Part shown: one piece after another, positions 40,984 through 50,965 of the stretch
Layout: each line of letters opens with the position of its first letter
Numbering within the stretch: position 1 is the stretch's first letter
NCBI GenBank assembly: GCA_963668025.2
Contig: CAXXTH010000022.1
Span: forward strand, 64,001 to 128,000
DNA from: Candidatus Hydrogenedentota bacterium
Lineage (GTDB): Bacteria > Hydrogenedentota > Hydrogenedentia > Hydrogenedentales > SLHB01
Reading direction: 5' to 3'
Length of the DNA stretch: 64,000 bases
The notes under the pieces: generated by a model
Databases searched by the model: none
Seen by the model: the letters and a program-made list of their open reading frames with translations, nothing else
What the model was told of the DNA's origin: nothing
Program-made: the position numbers and the translations under genes

Positions 40984-41041
40984 TCACGCGCGCTCAGTAT
41001 CGCGCGTTCATGATAATACTGCGGGCGATTCTTTTTGTCAA
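40984..41041 (-). promoter_or_regulatory. sigma70 promoter of the lacI-pilin cluster with two tandem operator-like sites
   Basis: Minus strand TTGACA (41041-41036)-N17-TATTAT (41018-41013); CG-centred sites TATCGCGCGTTCA (40998-41010) and TCACGCGCGCTCA (40984-40996) over the expected start site. Confidence 0.65.
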
Positions 41042-41173
41042 GCCCTGTTTTTCGCTCGCAGTGAAAAGATAAAAAAGGCGCATTGGTGAAGACAATTCAG
41101 GTTGTTTGGGAAAAAGAAGGCCGTAGGAAAATGTACTGTTTGGTGAATTCAACTAGCCATTGGAGAATGCGAG

Positions 41174-44100
41174 ATGCAAAAACCGACTCGGCGTGATTTC
41201 TTAAAGCAGTCTGCACTTATCACGGGCTCATTTGTTATAGGCGGCGCGGTATCCGCTCAGGGCTGCGCGACTGGGGTGACAGCAAGTGAAACAAAGGATG
41301 GAAATGTGTTTAACACGGATGAACCTGGCGCGGTAACTGGCGTACGGCCTTATGAAATGGACTGGGCGAATCGATTCATGCCCGAACAACCGGAATTGGT
41401 GAATTTTGAAGATCTATCCGGCTGGAAAGTGACGTGTTATGACGGTGCGGAAGTGTCCGTATACCGTTCGAAGCAAGAGGAATTGTTCGGTGAATATACG
41501 GCGAAATTGGCATACAAGGGCACATCATCCGCCAGCAGTTTTCTTCTCGAACCACCGCAGCCCATCATGATTCCTACTCCATATACCGCGGCCAATCTGT
41601 GGGTGCGTGGCAACAATTGCCGGCATATCAACCCGCCGACCGCTACCCGGGTCATCGTCAACCTGATCCTGGTGGGCGCACAAGGCCAGCGGTACCGGTT
41701 ATACATGGGCGTCAACGATTTTGATTATTGGTTTCTCTTCCATGCGCCCATGACCACGCCTGATGGCAAGACCAAGCTGTACGCAGCCATCGGTGATGTC
41801 ACGACCGAAGAAGAGGGCTTGCCGGTTGCGCTGGCGGGAATCGAGGTCACGGGATGCGCAAACACCGCATTTGAAAGCATTTACCTGGACGCCTTATCGT
41901 TCTACGAAATGCAATTCGGAGCGCTCACCTTCGATTTCGAGCCGCCCGCACCCACATGGCCTACGACGCCCGACACCCTGCTGCCTACGTTTAAAGAGAA
42001 CAACGGCCCCTCCCCCACGTTCGCCTATACGCCTTCGACCGGCATGTTGAGCGACCTTACGGTTTCGATTGACGGTAAAACTTTCCAGCCGTGCTATATG
42101 GGGGGTGTTCGGTTCGAGGTAAACGGCAGCATATACGCATTGAATGACAATCTGGCAAAAAAGCAGTTTCTGGGCCAAGAACAGGAAGGCAATGCGCAGC
42201 GGTATAACTGGCAGGTGGCTATAGGCGGAACGGTTATCCCATACAGTTATGTGTTGGAGGTGAAGGGCAAATCGTGCGTCATCGACATTTTCGCGGAGGG
42301 CGGCTTTGCGACACAGCTTGATATTGGACTTGAAAAAGGCATCGCGAATGCGAAGACCGTATTCATGCCATATCTCACCTACTCGTGGGAACGCTTCCCG
42401 CTGATCGTATACGGGCAAGGCGACACCAAGCCTTTCTTTCTGCTTTCGCTGCTCGATTACTACAACTCGGATGCTTCGGAACTGTTCGGCCCTCCCGACC
42501 TCACCGCAGCGGACACCATTGGATATATCGGCGGCGCGCGGTATAAACCAACCACTAACGGGCAGCGGAACAACTTGCGCGAGCGGCTGTTCATCAACGT
42601 CAGCACGGATGTCCAGGAAGTGCTTCCGAACATTCCAAATCCACCCTGCGATACCGCCGATATTGCACGGGAATGCCTAATCAACAATCTGGGCGATGAC
42701 AGCTATCCCTTCCCATATGCCACCATGCGCAAATACAAGGCGTATGGCATTGATAAATATATCGCCAATCATCATGAAAAGCTGTGGCGGGAAGACGAGG
42801 AAAGCTTCACGCTGCGGGATACTCCCGCACCTTCGATTGGCGTGGAACCGCTGCAGAAATACTGCGCGTTTGTGAAAAGCCTCGGATACCGCATCGGCCT
42901 TTACTCGAATTACTCCGACTTTGCGCCCGTGAATGCCTATTGGAGTGAAGACGCGGTCTGCTTGAATCCAGATAACACCTGGCGGCACGCTTGGGAGCGC
43001 AACTATTCCATGAAACCGTTGCGCTCCATGGAGTACGAGGCGCGAATCGCTAAAATCGTCCATGAACGTTATGGAACAAACGCATCGTGCATCGATGTGC
43101 ATACGGCATTGATGCCTTGGGAACGCGTGGATTACGACGCGCGCACGCCTGGCGCGGCGAAATTCCGCACCCAGTTCGACGCCTATTGCCACCTGCTTAT
43201 CAACGAAAGTATCGCGCATGGCGGCCCCGCTATCAGCGAAGGAAATTTCCACTGGTTCTACGCAGGCATTTGTGATGGCAGCTACGCTACGATTACGCCT
43301 TATTTCTCAGGGTACCAGACGCCGCCTCTGGTCGATTTCGATTTATTGAAAATGCACACGAAATCGACTGACCTTGGCGTAGGCTCGCCATACACCTTTT
43401 ATGGGGATACCCCCGCATGGCAGCGGGATGCGGGCCGAACGAGCCAGGGCTGCAATCGTTTCATCACAGCCACTATCGCTTATGGACATATCGGATTCCT
43501 CGATGGGTCGTGGGGATTCGATGGCATGCTCAAAATGTACTACATCATGCAAGCCTTACAGCAACGGTATGTCATGATTCCAGTGCAGTCGATTCAATAC
43601 TTCAATGGCTCCGCTCTCGTGGACACTTCGGCCGCCATTGCAACGGATGCGTATAAACGCAGGCAATTGCACATTGTCTATGAAAATGGGCTGATGCTCT
43701 GGTGCAACTTGAACAACACGCAGAGCTGGAATATAGAGGTGGATGGTAAATCCATCACGCTTCCGGGCAATTCCTTCGCGGCGTTCAAAAAGGATGATAT
43801 TCTCGCCTATTCGGCTATCGTGAATGGCCAGCATCATACCCTGGTATCGTGCCGCGACTACCTGTACCTGGATACGCAGGATCAAGCGGTATCGACCTCG
43901 GTCATCAGCGCGAAGGGCATGGTGGCGGTCAAGCCGGACGGCCCCAACGCCTGGCGCATCATACCGGCCACATATGCCGAAAATATCGTTATTTCGTGTG
44001 AATGGCTCGGCATGAAATACGATACATCGACCTTCACCGCGCGCATTTGCGATCTCCATGGCGAGCCACAACGGGATACAGTTGTTTCGGTTTCCGAAGG

Positions 44101-44206
44101 ATGTTTGCATATAGGCGAGCCGCTTTCCGAAGGGGAATTCCTGCATCTCGCCCTGCACACCGGTATGAGCGCATTAACAACACCCCTGTTTTCTACCGAA
44201 GCGTAA
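41174..44206 (+). CDS. Tat-exported large uncharacterised protein, probable glycoside hydrolase
   Basis: TRRDFLK twin-arginine signal; 1010 aa; TIM-barrel-like stretch GYRIGLYSNYSD...IDVHT...ISEG; divergent from lacI. Confidence 0.65.
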   Translation: MQKPTRRDFLKQSALITGSFVIGGAVSAQGCATGVTASETKDGNVFNTDEPGAVTGVRPYEMDWANRFMPEQPELVNFEDLSGWKVTCYDGAEVSVYRSKQEELFGEYTAKLAYKGTSSASSFLLEPPQPIMIPTPYTAANLWVRGNNCRHINPPTATRVIVNLILVGAQGQRYRLYMGVNDFDYWFLFHAPMTTPDGKTKLYAAIGDVTTEEEGLPVALAGIEVTGCANTAFESIYLDALSFYEMQFGALTFDFEPPAPTWPTTPDTLLPTFKENNGPSPTFAYTPSTGMLSDLTVSIDGKTFQPCYMGGVRFEVNGSIYALNDNLAKKQFLGQEQEGNAQRYNWQVAIGGTVIPYSYVLEVKGKSCVIDIFAEGGFATQLDIGLEKGIANAKTVFMPYLTYSWERFPLIVYGQGDTKPFFLLSLLDYYNSDASELFGPPDLTAADTIGYIGGARYKPTTNGQRNNLRERLFINVSTDVQEVLPNIPNPPCDTADIARECLINNLGDDSYPFPYATMRKYKAYGIDKYIANHHEKLWREDEESFTLRDTPAPSIGVEPLQKYCAFVKSLGYRIGLYSNYSDFAPVNAYWSEDAVCLNPDNTWRHAWERNYSMKPLRSMEYEARIAKIVHERYGTNASCIDVHTALMPWERVDYDARTPGAAKFRTQFDAYCHLLINESIAHGGPAISEGNFHWFYAGICDGSYATITPYFSGYQTPPLVDFDLLKMHTKSTDLGVGSPYTFYGDTPAWQRDAGRTSQGCNRFITATIAYGHIGFLDGSWGFDGMLKMYYIMQALQQRYVMIPVQSIQYFNGSALVDTSAAIATDAYKRRQLHIVYENGLMLWCNLNNTQSWNIEVDGKSITLPGNSFAAFKKDDILAYSAIVNGQHHTLVSCRDYLYLDTQDQAVSTSVISAKGMVAVKPDGPNAWRIIPATYAENIVISCEWLGMKYDTSTFTARICDLHGEPQRDTVVSVSEGCLHIGEPLSEGEFLHLALHTGMSALTTPLFSTEA

Positions 44207-44239
44207 TTGAGTGAAACATCGTTTAACATGAGGTGGCGA

Positions 44240-45496
44240 ATGAAGGCAAAACCAATGGAAACGGCAAAAATTCATGAACGGTACCTGAGTGCGCTCGAGC
44301 ACATACGCACCCATCACCTGCGTATCTTCCCGGGATGTGAAAAACCTGTGTTTTTGATCGGTGAAACATATGCGGGTGTATGGCTCGAACATGTATGGGA
44401 CGCCGTTTTTTGGGCGCTCCACGACAGAGCAGGCGCGGATGTGGCGGTCGCCCAAGTGGACCTTTTTTTACGATATCAGAAACCGGACGGCCAGTTGCCG
44501 TGTTATGTGCTTGATGGATACAGCGCCTATGAATCCGCCTGGCACATGATTAGGCACACAGGAGGCGTGTGTTATGGCCAGCTCCAGGAAGTAGCCTCAT
44601 TTGCACGGGCGGCCCTCGAGGCTGCCCGCCTCTCCCAAAATGAAGCCTTTCTTGCGCGCGCCTACGAGGGATGCGCGCGCTGGGACATGTGGCTGATGCA
44701 GCACCGCAACACCCGTGGAACCGGCCTCGTGGAGCTGTTTTGTGAATTCGACACTGGCCTGGATAACTGCCCGCGCGTGATGGATGGCGGCATACCACGG
44801 CAGTGCGCCCACGCGGATGCGCGCATATGCCCCGATCTGGACTTCATGCCGCTCCTCGCACCCGACCTCTCCGCGCATGTGTATGGTTCGCGCATGGCGC
44901 TGGCGGAGATGGCCGAACTCCTCGGGCGGCGGGAATGGGCCGGGCAATGGCGTGAACGGGCTAACGAAATCAAGCAACTCATCCATGCATATTGTTTTGA
45001 TCCCGAAGACGAGTTTTTTTACGACGTGGACCGGCAAGGAAATTTCCGTAAATACCGAACCATCCATATCACGCGCCTTTTTCAGGAGCATGTGCTGGAC
45101 CAGGATTTGGCGGACCGCATCTACGAGCGGTATTTGCGCAATCCAGCGGAATTCTGGACGCCATATCCATTCCCATCGGTCTCGCTGGCCGATCCGAGTT
45201 TCGACAGCTCGTTCAGCCAGCCCAACTCGTGGGGCTGCTGGTCGAATGCATTGACCGCGCTACGTTCGATGATGTGGATGGACCATTACGGTAAAGGCAA
45301 GGATCTCTACCTGCTCCTTGGTTCATGGCTGCAAGCATATGCTTCCGCTGAAGAATGCTTCTCGCAAGGATTGCACCCGATCTCCGGCGCGACTACCCCG
45401 GGCATCAACTGGTATTCCTCCGGCATGTTGCTCTACCTACACGCTGCTGAACGGCTGGGACTGGCTCCCGCGCGGGAAGAGTTATTCGGAACCTGA
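44240..45496 (+). CDS. (alpha/alpha)6-barrel glycoside hydrolase, GH63/MGH1-like
   Basis: YAGVWLE, YQKPDGQLP, DTGLDNCPR, FDPEDEFFYD, EFWTPYPFPSVS, NSWG; no signal peptide; start uncertain (44207-44255). Confidence 0.7.
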   Translation: MKAKPMETAKIHERYLSALEHIRTHHLRIFPGCEKPVFLIGETYAGVWLEHVWDAVFWALHDRAGADVAVAQVDLFLRYQKPDGQLPCYVLDGYSAYESAWHMIRHTGGVCYGQLQEVASFARAALEAARLSQNEAFLARAYEGCARWDMWLMQHRNTRGTGLVELFCEFDTGLDNCPRVMDGGIPRQCAHADARICPDLDFMPLLAPDLSAHVYGSRMALAEMAELLGRREWAGQWRERANEIKQLIHAYCFDPEDEFFYDVDRQGNFRKYRTIHITRLFQEHVLDQDLADRIYERYLRNPAEFWTPYPFPSVSLADPSFDSSFSQPNSWGCWSNALTALRSMMWMDHYGKGKDLYLLLGSWLQAYASAEECFSQGLHPISGATTPGINWYSSGMLLYLHAAERLGLAPAREELFGT

Positions 45497-45508
45497 ATCC
45501 ATACTGAA

Positions 45509-45541
45509 TCCGTGGCATGGAGGTGGCGTCCATGCCACGGA
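45509..45541. repeat. REP-like palindrome / bidirectional hairpin (GTGG-CATGG family)
   Basis: Perfect 13-bp inverted repeat TCCGTGGCATGGA / TCCATGCCACGGA between convergent stops. Confidence 0.75.
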
Positions 45542-45565
45542 AAGGTTCAGTTATCCGAAACCGCC

Positions 45566-47875
45566 TTAAGGCTTCATCGTCGCGCAACCAAAGATCCTGC
45601 CAGAGATTGCACCGTGGATGGCCTCGATCTTAACGGTTGCTTTCTCTTTTCCTTGAGTCCATTCCTGAGGAATCGGGTATTCTTTGCTGAAGAACTGCGA
45701 GGGAAACTCCGCAATGAATCGTTCTTCGGTGATTTTATGTCCATCCACTGACACTGCGAAATCGCAGCCTGAGTCACTTCCCCAATAGGTGATGAGCAGC
45801 GTCATCGGCTGATCAGGCAGGACTTTAAAATCCCAACTGAACCACCCCTCTGGTTCACTTTGACGGTACGATTTACCCTTCACCGGCCCGCCCGTTGCGG
45901 TCTTTTCACCCTGCAAATGGTGCGCCGCTTCAGATGCTTCGTCTTGTATAGCGACGCGGTCAATGACTCTCGCCTCTTGCTGTTTCAACTTTTCCGCTTT
46001 GGCCCGCTGCTCATCGAGATACTTTTGGTATTCCGCACTCTCCGGTTTATAAACCCGCACGTACACGCCATAGGCGATATCGTCCATGACCCGGTTAAGC
46101 GGGCTGAAGACCAATTCGGGCTGCACGCCAACGGTACGGAACATTAACGCCTTTCCATCCACCGGCTTGAGCCATGTATCCACCTGTTCGGGATCCGCCA
46201 TCAATAATACATCCTGCTCGGTGGGTGTGGCCAGCACCAACGGCCCATACATCAACGCCATCAGGTTCGCATCATCGGGCATCGGATGGGCATGCAAGCT
46301 CATGGGAAGTGCAATCTGAACCTTGTCTCCCTCTTTCCAGCGCCGCTCGATGCGGAACCAAGCACCTGGCTGTGCCGGTTCGTCAATCTTTTTACCATTG
46401 ACACGCACCTCGACACCCCCTGCCGCCCAATAAGGCGCATGCAGATTCAATCCAAAACGCACAGATTGCTTGGCATGAATGATGAACGTGCTGCCCTGCT
46501 CTTCTGGGAATTGGGTGCGCTGCTCAACACGCACGCCTTTCCCAGGCCACTCAACCTGGGAAGCAATGTACAGGCTAACGAAGAGGTTCTTCTTGTCATG
46601 GTAATAAATACTGTCGCCGATTTTGGCGAAGGATTCGCATCCCGTACCACAACAACACCACATCGAATCATAGGGAGTACTGAAGACTTTCTTAAATCCG
46701 CTGGCCAGGGGCATGTAGTATATCAACATGCTGGTTTGGGGATTTTGCGTCCCGAGGATGCCATTGAAGAACAGCCGTTCTTGGTAATCGGCATATCGCA
46801 CCTCGCCGGTCCAGCAGAGCTGTTTGTGCGTCAGCTTGAGCATGTTATAGGAAGTACAGCTCTCCTGGTTGTTGTCACTCAAGGTGTAAGCCAGGCGATT
46901 GGCTTCCCGCCATGCTTCCCCCGTACTGGTTCCTCCCGTGGCGTATGCGCGCGTATTCATAACCAGGCCTGCGAAATAATCAACCATCGCCCGGGATTGT
47001 TCATTGCCAGTCAGTTCATAATTCCGGGCCGCCCCAATTACCACCGGGATATTTGAATTCGCATGGCACTTGTCCAGCTTATCCTGGTGCTCAGCCAATG
47101 GAGCCAGAAACGGTTCGATGGCCAGCAGACGCTCTCCCATTTCGAGATATTGCTTATTTCCCGTTTCCGCGTAAAGGTTGTGCCAAAATTCGACGAATCC
47201 GCCATGCTCCTGGCCAAACATCGCCTTGCACTCTTCCATGTTAAACTTGAGGAAGAATCCAGCGAGCTTTTCCACCACTTCAAGCGCCTGTTGGTTTCCG
47301 CAGAGCTGATATTGCTCCAGCAGGCCCGCCATCGTTTTATGGAACATGTACAAGGGACAATGCCAGCCACCCCACGTGCCATAATTTCCCTTGACTCGTT
47401 CAGATAAGAAAAGATCAAACTCCGCCCGGGGATGTGCTGAAAGATAACCGTCATCACCAAAAGCTTGCTGGCAGCGGGCCAATTCCGCCACGAGCGCATC
47501 CGCCTTAGCCTTGAGTGTTTCGTCCCCGGTGCTGGCATACATTTGCGCACACGCGGAAAGGTAATGGCCTAGAAATGACCCGCGAATAGGGAAATCCGGC
47601 GCCTCCCAGCCCCCTGAAGGTTTTCCGGGCGTGGGCAATCCCGCCGATTGGCGATAGGCGTAGAGCAGGCGATCCGGCTCCAGCTCAAGCAGGTACCGCA
47701 TATCCGCCTGCTGCGCCGTTAGGCATGGCCCATCCAGTAATCGAACTTGCGACAACGCAAATGGCTCTAGTTTCATTTGGGGAGATTCCTCGCCGGCACA
47801 GACGTTATCCGCATAAACTCGTCCCGTAAATCCTATGAGCAAAGCTAGCACGAGGGTAATCGAATGAATAGTCAT
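45566..47875 (-). CDS. beta-L-arabinofuranosidase-like glycoside hydrolase (GH127/GH146)
   Basis: GGWE, GHYLSA, EHGG, HAN, ESCTSYNMLKL, WCCCGTG (Zn/catalytic cysteines), YGPLVLA; signal peptide; AAGGAG RBS before ATG 47875. Confidence 0.9.
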   Translation of the reverse strand: MTIHSITLVLALLIGFTGRVYADNVCAGEESPQMKLEPFALSQVRLLDGPCLTAQQADMRYLLELEPDRLLYAYRQSAGLPTPGKPSGGWEAPDFPIRGSFLGHYLSACAQMYASTGDETLKAKADALVAELARCQQAFGDDGYLSAHPRAEFDLFLSERVKGNYGTWGGWHCPLYMFHKTMAGLLEQYQLCGNQQALEVVEKLAGFFLKFNMEECKAMFGQEHGGFVEFWHNLYAETGNKQYLEMGERLLAIEPFLAPLAEHQDKLDKCHANSNIPVVIGAARNYELTGNEQSRAMVDYFAGLVMNTRAYATGGTSTGEAWREANRLAYTLSDNNQESCTSYNMLKLTHKQLCWTGEVRYADYQERLFFNGILGTQNPQTSMLIYYMPLASGFKKVFSTPYDSMWCCCGTGCESFAKIGDSIYYHDKKNLFVSLYIASQVEWPGKGVRVEQRTQFPEEQGSTFIIHAKQSVRFGLNLHAPYWAAGGVEVRVNGKKIDEPAQPGAWFRIERRWKEGDKVQIALPMSLHAHPMPDDANLMALMYGPLVLATPTEQDVLLMADPEQVDTWLKPVDGKALMFRTVGVQPELVFSPLNRVMDDIAYGVYVRVYKPESAEYQKYLDEQRAKAEKLKQQEARVIDRVAIQDEASEAAHHLQGEKTATGGPVKGKSYRQSEPEGWFSWDFKVLPDQPMTLLITYWGSDSGCDFAVSVDGHKITEERFIAEFPSQFFSKEYPIPQEWTQGKEKATVKIEAIHGAISGRIFGCATMKP

Positions 47876-47916
47876 GCATCGATCTCCTTTCTTAGTTCCA
47901 CGTAATGCGAATTGGA

Positions 47917-47967
47917 TAAAGCGCTCAATGCGACCATATATATAAAATATATATACGCATATGTCAA
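47917..47967 (-). promoter_or_regulatory. sigma70 promoter plus LacI-type operator for the GH127 gene
   Basis: Minus strand TTGACA (47967-47962)-N17-TATATA, then TTGAGCGCTTTA (47928-47917). Confidence 0.55.
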
Positions 47968-48159
47968 CACTTACGGCCACACATTTTTTACAAATCGGAA
48001 CAAAACTGCCAAAATCCTCCCCCTAACCTTACGAATTCATATGTGAAGCGTATGAATTTTGTATGCTTTATCAAAGCCCAGATCTACTCAGACAGAACAA
48101 TATTTATACTTGAAAGCGCCAGACTCTTGCATAATCTCTTTTGCCCAACAAAAAATCTG

Positions 48160-48418
48160 ACGTGGGCGTTGCCCACAACCCAATGGAACGTCATCACACG
48201 GTTTATTATTATTCACCTTTGCGTTCTTGGCGGCTTTGCGTGCGTATAAATTGGCTGGGCGAACTGGCGCTCGTAGCGCGTAGAATATTTACTTTTATAT
48301 TTCACGCAAAGCCGCGAAGGCGCAAAGAATGCAAGGTCCAACGCGCGGCAAACCGCTTAAACGAGCGGATTTTAAGGCCACGTCTATCTTTACTTTGGGT
48401 GGTGGACAACATCCACGT
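48160..48418. repeat. Nested inverted-repeat element (about 260 bp)
   Basis: Outer arms 48160-48183 / 48395-48418 (20 of 24 match); inner arms 48217-48242 / 48303-48327 (CTTTGCG...GCGGCTTTGCGTG). Confidence 0.65.
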
Positions 48419-48536
48419 CCGTGTAGTATAGAGCATTACAAACACTGAAAGCCGACGCCCAAAAAAACGGCGGATCTCAACGCGGTTTTATATATATTAG
48501 TTGTATCCTAATGTATTTGTATAGTTTATATACAAT

Positions 48537-50864
48537 TTATTCGTATACGTTTTTCAGGATCCCGTTTGGATTGTCGAAACGGGCGAATGCATCCCATTCA
48601 CGATGAGTTTTACGCATCCACAATTTCAATTCGTTCCGGCCTTTTTTCAACTCGACAGGTACGGCATTCATATCGGTCTCTAGAAATGGCCATGATGTTT
48701 CAGCTCCATCTTCATACACTTGCACGCCGTTCAGCCATGCTTGGAAGCCACGGGTTACATATGAAAGCGTTAGCGTGCTTTTCATGTCTTCTGGCGCGTC
48801 GACAAACCCCACGACACACATGTAATCCTTGTCTAGCCGCCCGGTTTTATTCGGAAAATCGAGCTTTGGACCTGATTCGGCCCGGCGCTCCCAGCGAAGC
48901 GGCTGGCCATCGGCGTTATTAAAGGTCTTCTCCGTATCAAAGGCAGGCGGCTCCGCAGCCATGGCGGCCGCAAGTTCATCAGGCGTGAGCGGCAGCGGAC
49001 CCAACTGCCACCAGCGTGTGATAAACGGCCCTTCCACCTTCAAACTCGTCAGGAATCCCTCGACTAATCCGGTAAATTCCCGGTGTTTAGTGATCCCATG
49101 TTCCGCGATCTGTCGGCACATTTCCTCTTTAACCTCGGGCGTAACCTCCGCCATGATGCCGCGCACCACGCCCTGGCTGGCCTTGAACTTGATGTAATTC
49201 ATCCCTAGCCGCATATACTTCACGCGGCCGAGAATCGCCGCGTCGCCCGCCGCCAGCCGTTCCGCCTCGTTCAATAGCGCATCCGCTTCGTCAACCATCT
49301 CTTGGGTTAAGAAATCGCCGCATTCCACCCCCGCATAACCGTTGATGCTTGCATAATTGGTCATATGCACCTGGGGGTCATCCGCACGGGCTTGAAGAAG
49401 TTGAAGATATTTCAAGAGGGGCGGCGCGGCAGGCCCATATACGCCGTCCAGGTAGTCTCGAATGAGGACATCCACGTCGCGGTTGGGATCCCACAACAAT
49501 TGGGCGCACAGCCATCCGCGCAGTTCGGCCAATTCGCCGCCAGGGCTTTCATAACTGCTTTGCATCATGAGGCCCGTCACATGATGATCGCGGTAAAAGC
49601 GGTAATTGACGGGTATCGACCAAAGATTAGGCATCGGGGCGAAGTAATGCACAAATCTAGTCGCATAATACCAGATCCACAGACGGTCCGCCTTCTCACC
49701 CCAAACCTTCACCTGCTGGACGTATTTTGGCAAAAGTTCGCATTTTTCGACTGCGTGTGAGCCGCATCCATACCATAGACTAGGCACACAAAGCATGATG
49801 ATGACATTGGGCTGCATCTTGCTTGTCTTTGGGGGATCAATATAGTAGGAATACGCGGCATTATGAATTAGCAGTTTTGGATTCTTTTCCGCTACGCGGC
49901 GCGCCACCTCGTTGGTGAACCACATGACGGTGCCGCCAGTACCGCCTTCCCGCGCATCGATAGCCTTGCAGGTGTCGCATTCGCAGATCAGATGATGATC
50001 CATCGGGCACACCGTGAAAATACGCGCCTCCGGGTGTTCCTCGGAGGCCTTGAGGATTTTACTGGCGAATAATTCCGCTACATCGGGATTCGCATGGCAA
50101 AGCTGGGCGCTGCGGTTTCGCTGCCCGCCAATCAATCCCCAGTATTCCGGGTGCGCTTCGAAATAATCGTTGGGGTTTATCCAATAATCATACGTGTGGT
50201 AGTGTGGACCATACCAGACAGAAGGGCCGCCGTGGACATCATCCAGCTTAGCCCAGTCGAGGTTGCAGCGATTTCGGGCGGCCCAATCCTGATCGGCCAT
50301 GGCCTCGAAGGCGTAGAACGCACGCTGATCCTGAAAAGCCGGCCGCTCCACCTGAAATTCCGGCGCTGTAAACTGTTTTGCTTTTGGAATACGCGATACG
50401 GTTGCGGTGTACCAGCGGCATCCAAGCCGGTCACCCAGCAACCCATACACCCCGTTCAAAGTGCCCCGTGGCGAACCTCCAACAATCGCCAGCGCATTCG
50501 GACGCGCACAGAAGGCGTAATCATCATCGCCCAGCTTTTGCGCCGCGATTTTATCCGCCAGTTCAGGCATGGCGGCGTCTAGCGCGGGACTCCCCCCTAC
50601 GTACAATCGAAGCGCTGCATCGGCGGCGGCAGGCGCATCAGAAGCAATCCCGCCCGACTGCCGTAAAAACTGGTCGAGTTCCACCGCGGCCTGGCGCGTG
50701 GTGATAACGGCGTCTTCAGCCACGACTATGTTATACGATACCTGGCTGTCATCAGCAAACGTAAGAGTAACCTCTTCCCCCATCGCTGGAAACGCCAAGA
50801 CATATAACGTTACCGCCCACCATAAAACCATGCTGTCAGGCCATTTTTTCCAATTTTGCGTCAT
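48537..50864 (-). CDS. DUF4838-like secreted protein (GH67-like N-terminal domain, four-Cys motif, C-terminal beta-sandwich)
   Basis: GGSPRGTLNGVY, LGCRWY, HTY...YFEAHPEYW, QLCHANP, CECDTC, LLWDP...YGPAA, VELKKGRN. Confidence 0.8.
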   Translation of the reverse strand: MTQNWKKWPDSMVLWWAVTLYVLAFPAMGEEVTLTFADDSQVSYNIVVAEDAVITTRQAAVELDQFLRQSGGIASDAPAAADAALRLYVGGSPALDAAMPELADKIAAQKLGDDDYAFCARPNALAIVGGSPRGTLNGVYGLLGDRLGCRWYTATVSRIPKAKQFTAPEFQVERPAFQDQRAFYAFEAMADQDWAARNRCNLDWAKLDDVHGGPSVWYGPHYHTYDYWINPNDYFEAHPEYWGLIGGQRNRSAQLCHANPDVAELFASKILKASEEHPEARIFTVCPMDHHLICECDTCKAIDAREGGTGGTVMWFTNEVARRVAEKNPKLLIHNAAYSYYIDPPKTSKMQPNVIIMLCVPSLWYGCGSHAVEKCELLPKYVQQVKVWGEKADRLWIWYYATRFVHYFAPMPNLWSIPVNYRFYRDHHVTGLMMQSSYESPGGELAELRGWLCAQLLWDPNRDVDVLIRDYLDGVYGPAAPPLLKYLQLLQARADDPQVHMTNYASINGYAGVECGDFLTQEMVDEADALLNEAERLAAGDAAILGRVKYMRLGMNYIKFKASQGVVRGIMAEVTPEVKEEMCRQIAEHGITKHREFTGLVEGFLTSLKVEGPFITRWWQLGPLPLTPDELAAAMAAEPPAFDTEKTFNNADGQPLRWERRAESGPKLDFPNKTGRLDKDYMCVVGFVDAPEDMKSTLTLSYVTRGFQAWLNGVQVYEDGAETSWPFLETDMNAVPVELKKGRNELKLWMRKTHREWDAFARFDNPNGILKNVYE

Positions 50865-50965
50865 GGTAATTAGCCCCCAACCGCAATAGAGTAGAAATAT
50901 CCCACACTAAACATATACACTTTTGTATGTCTGTTCCTACAGATCCCCGCCACAGGCGCGCTTGC

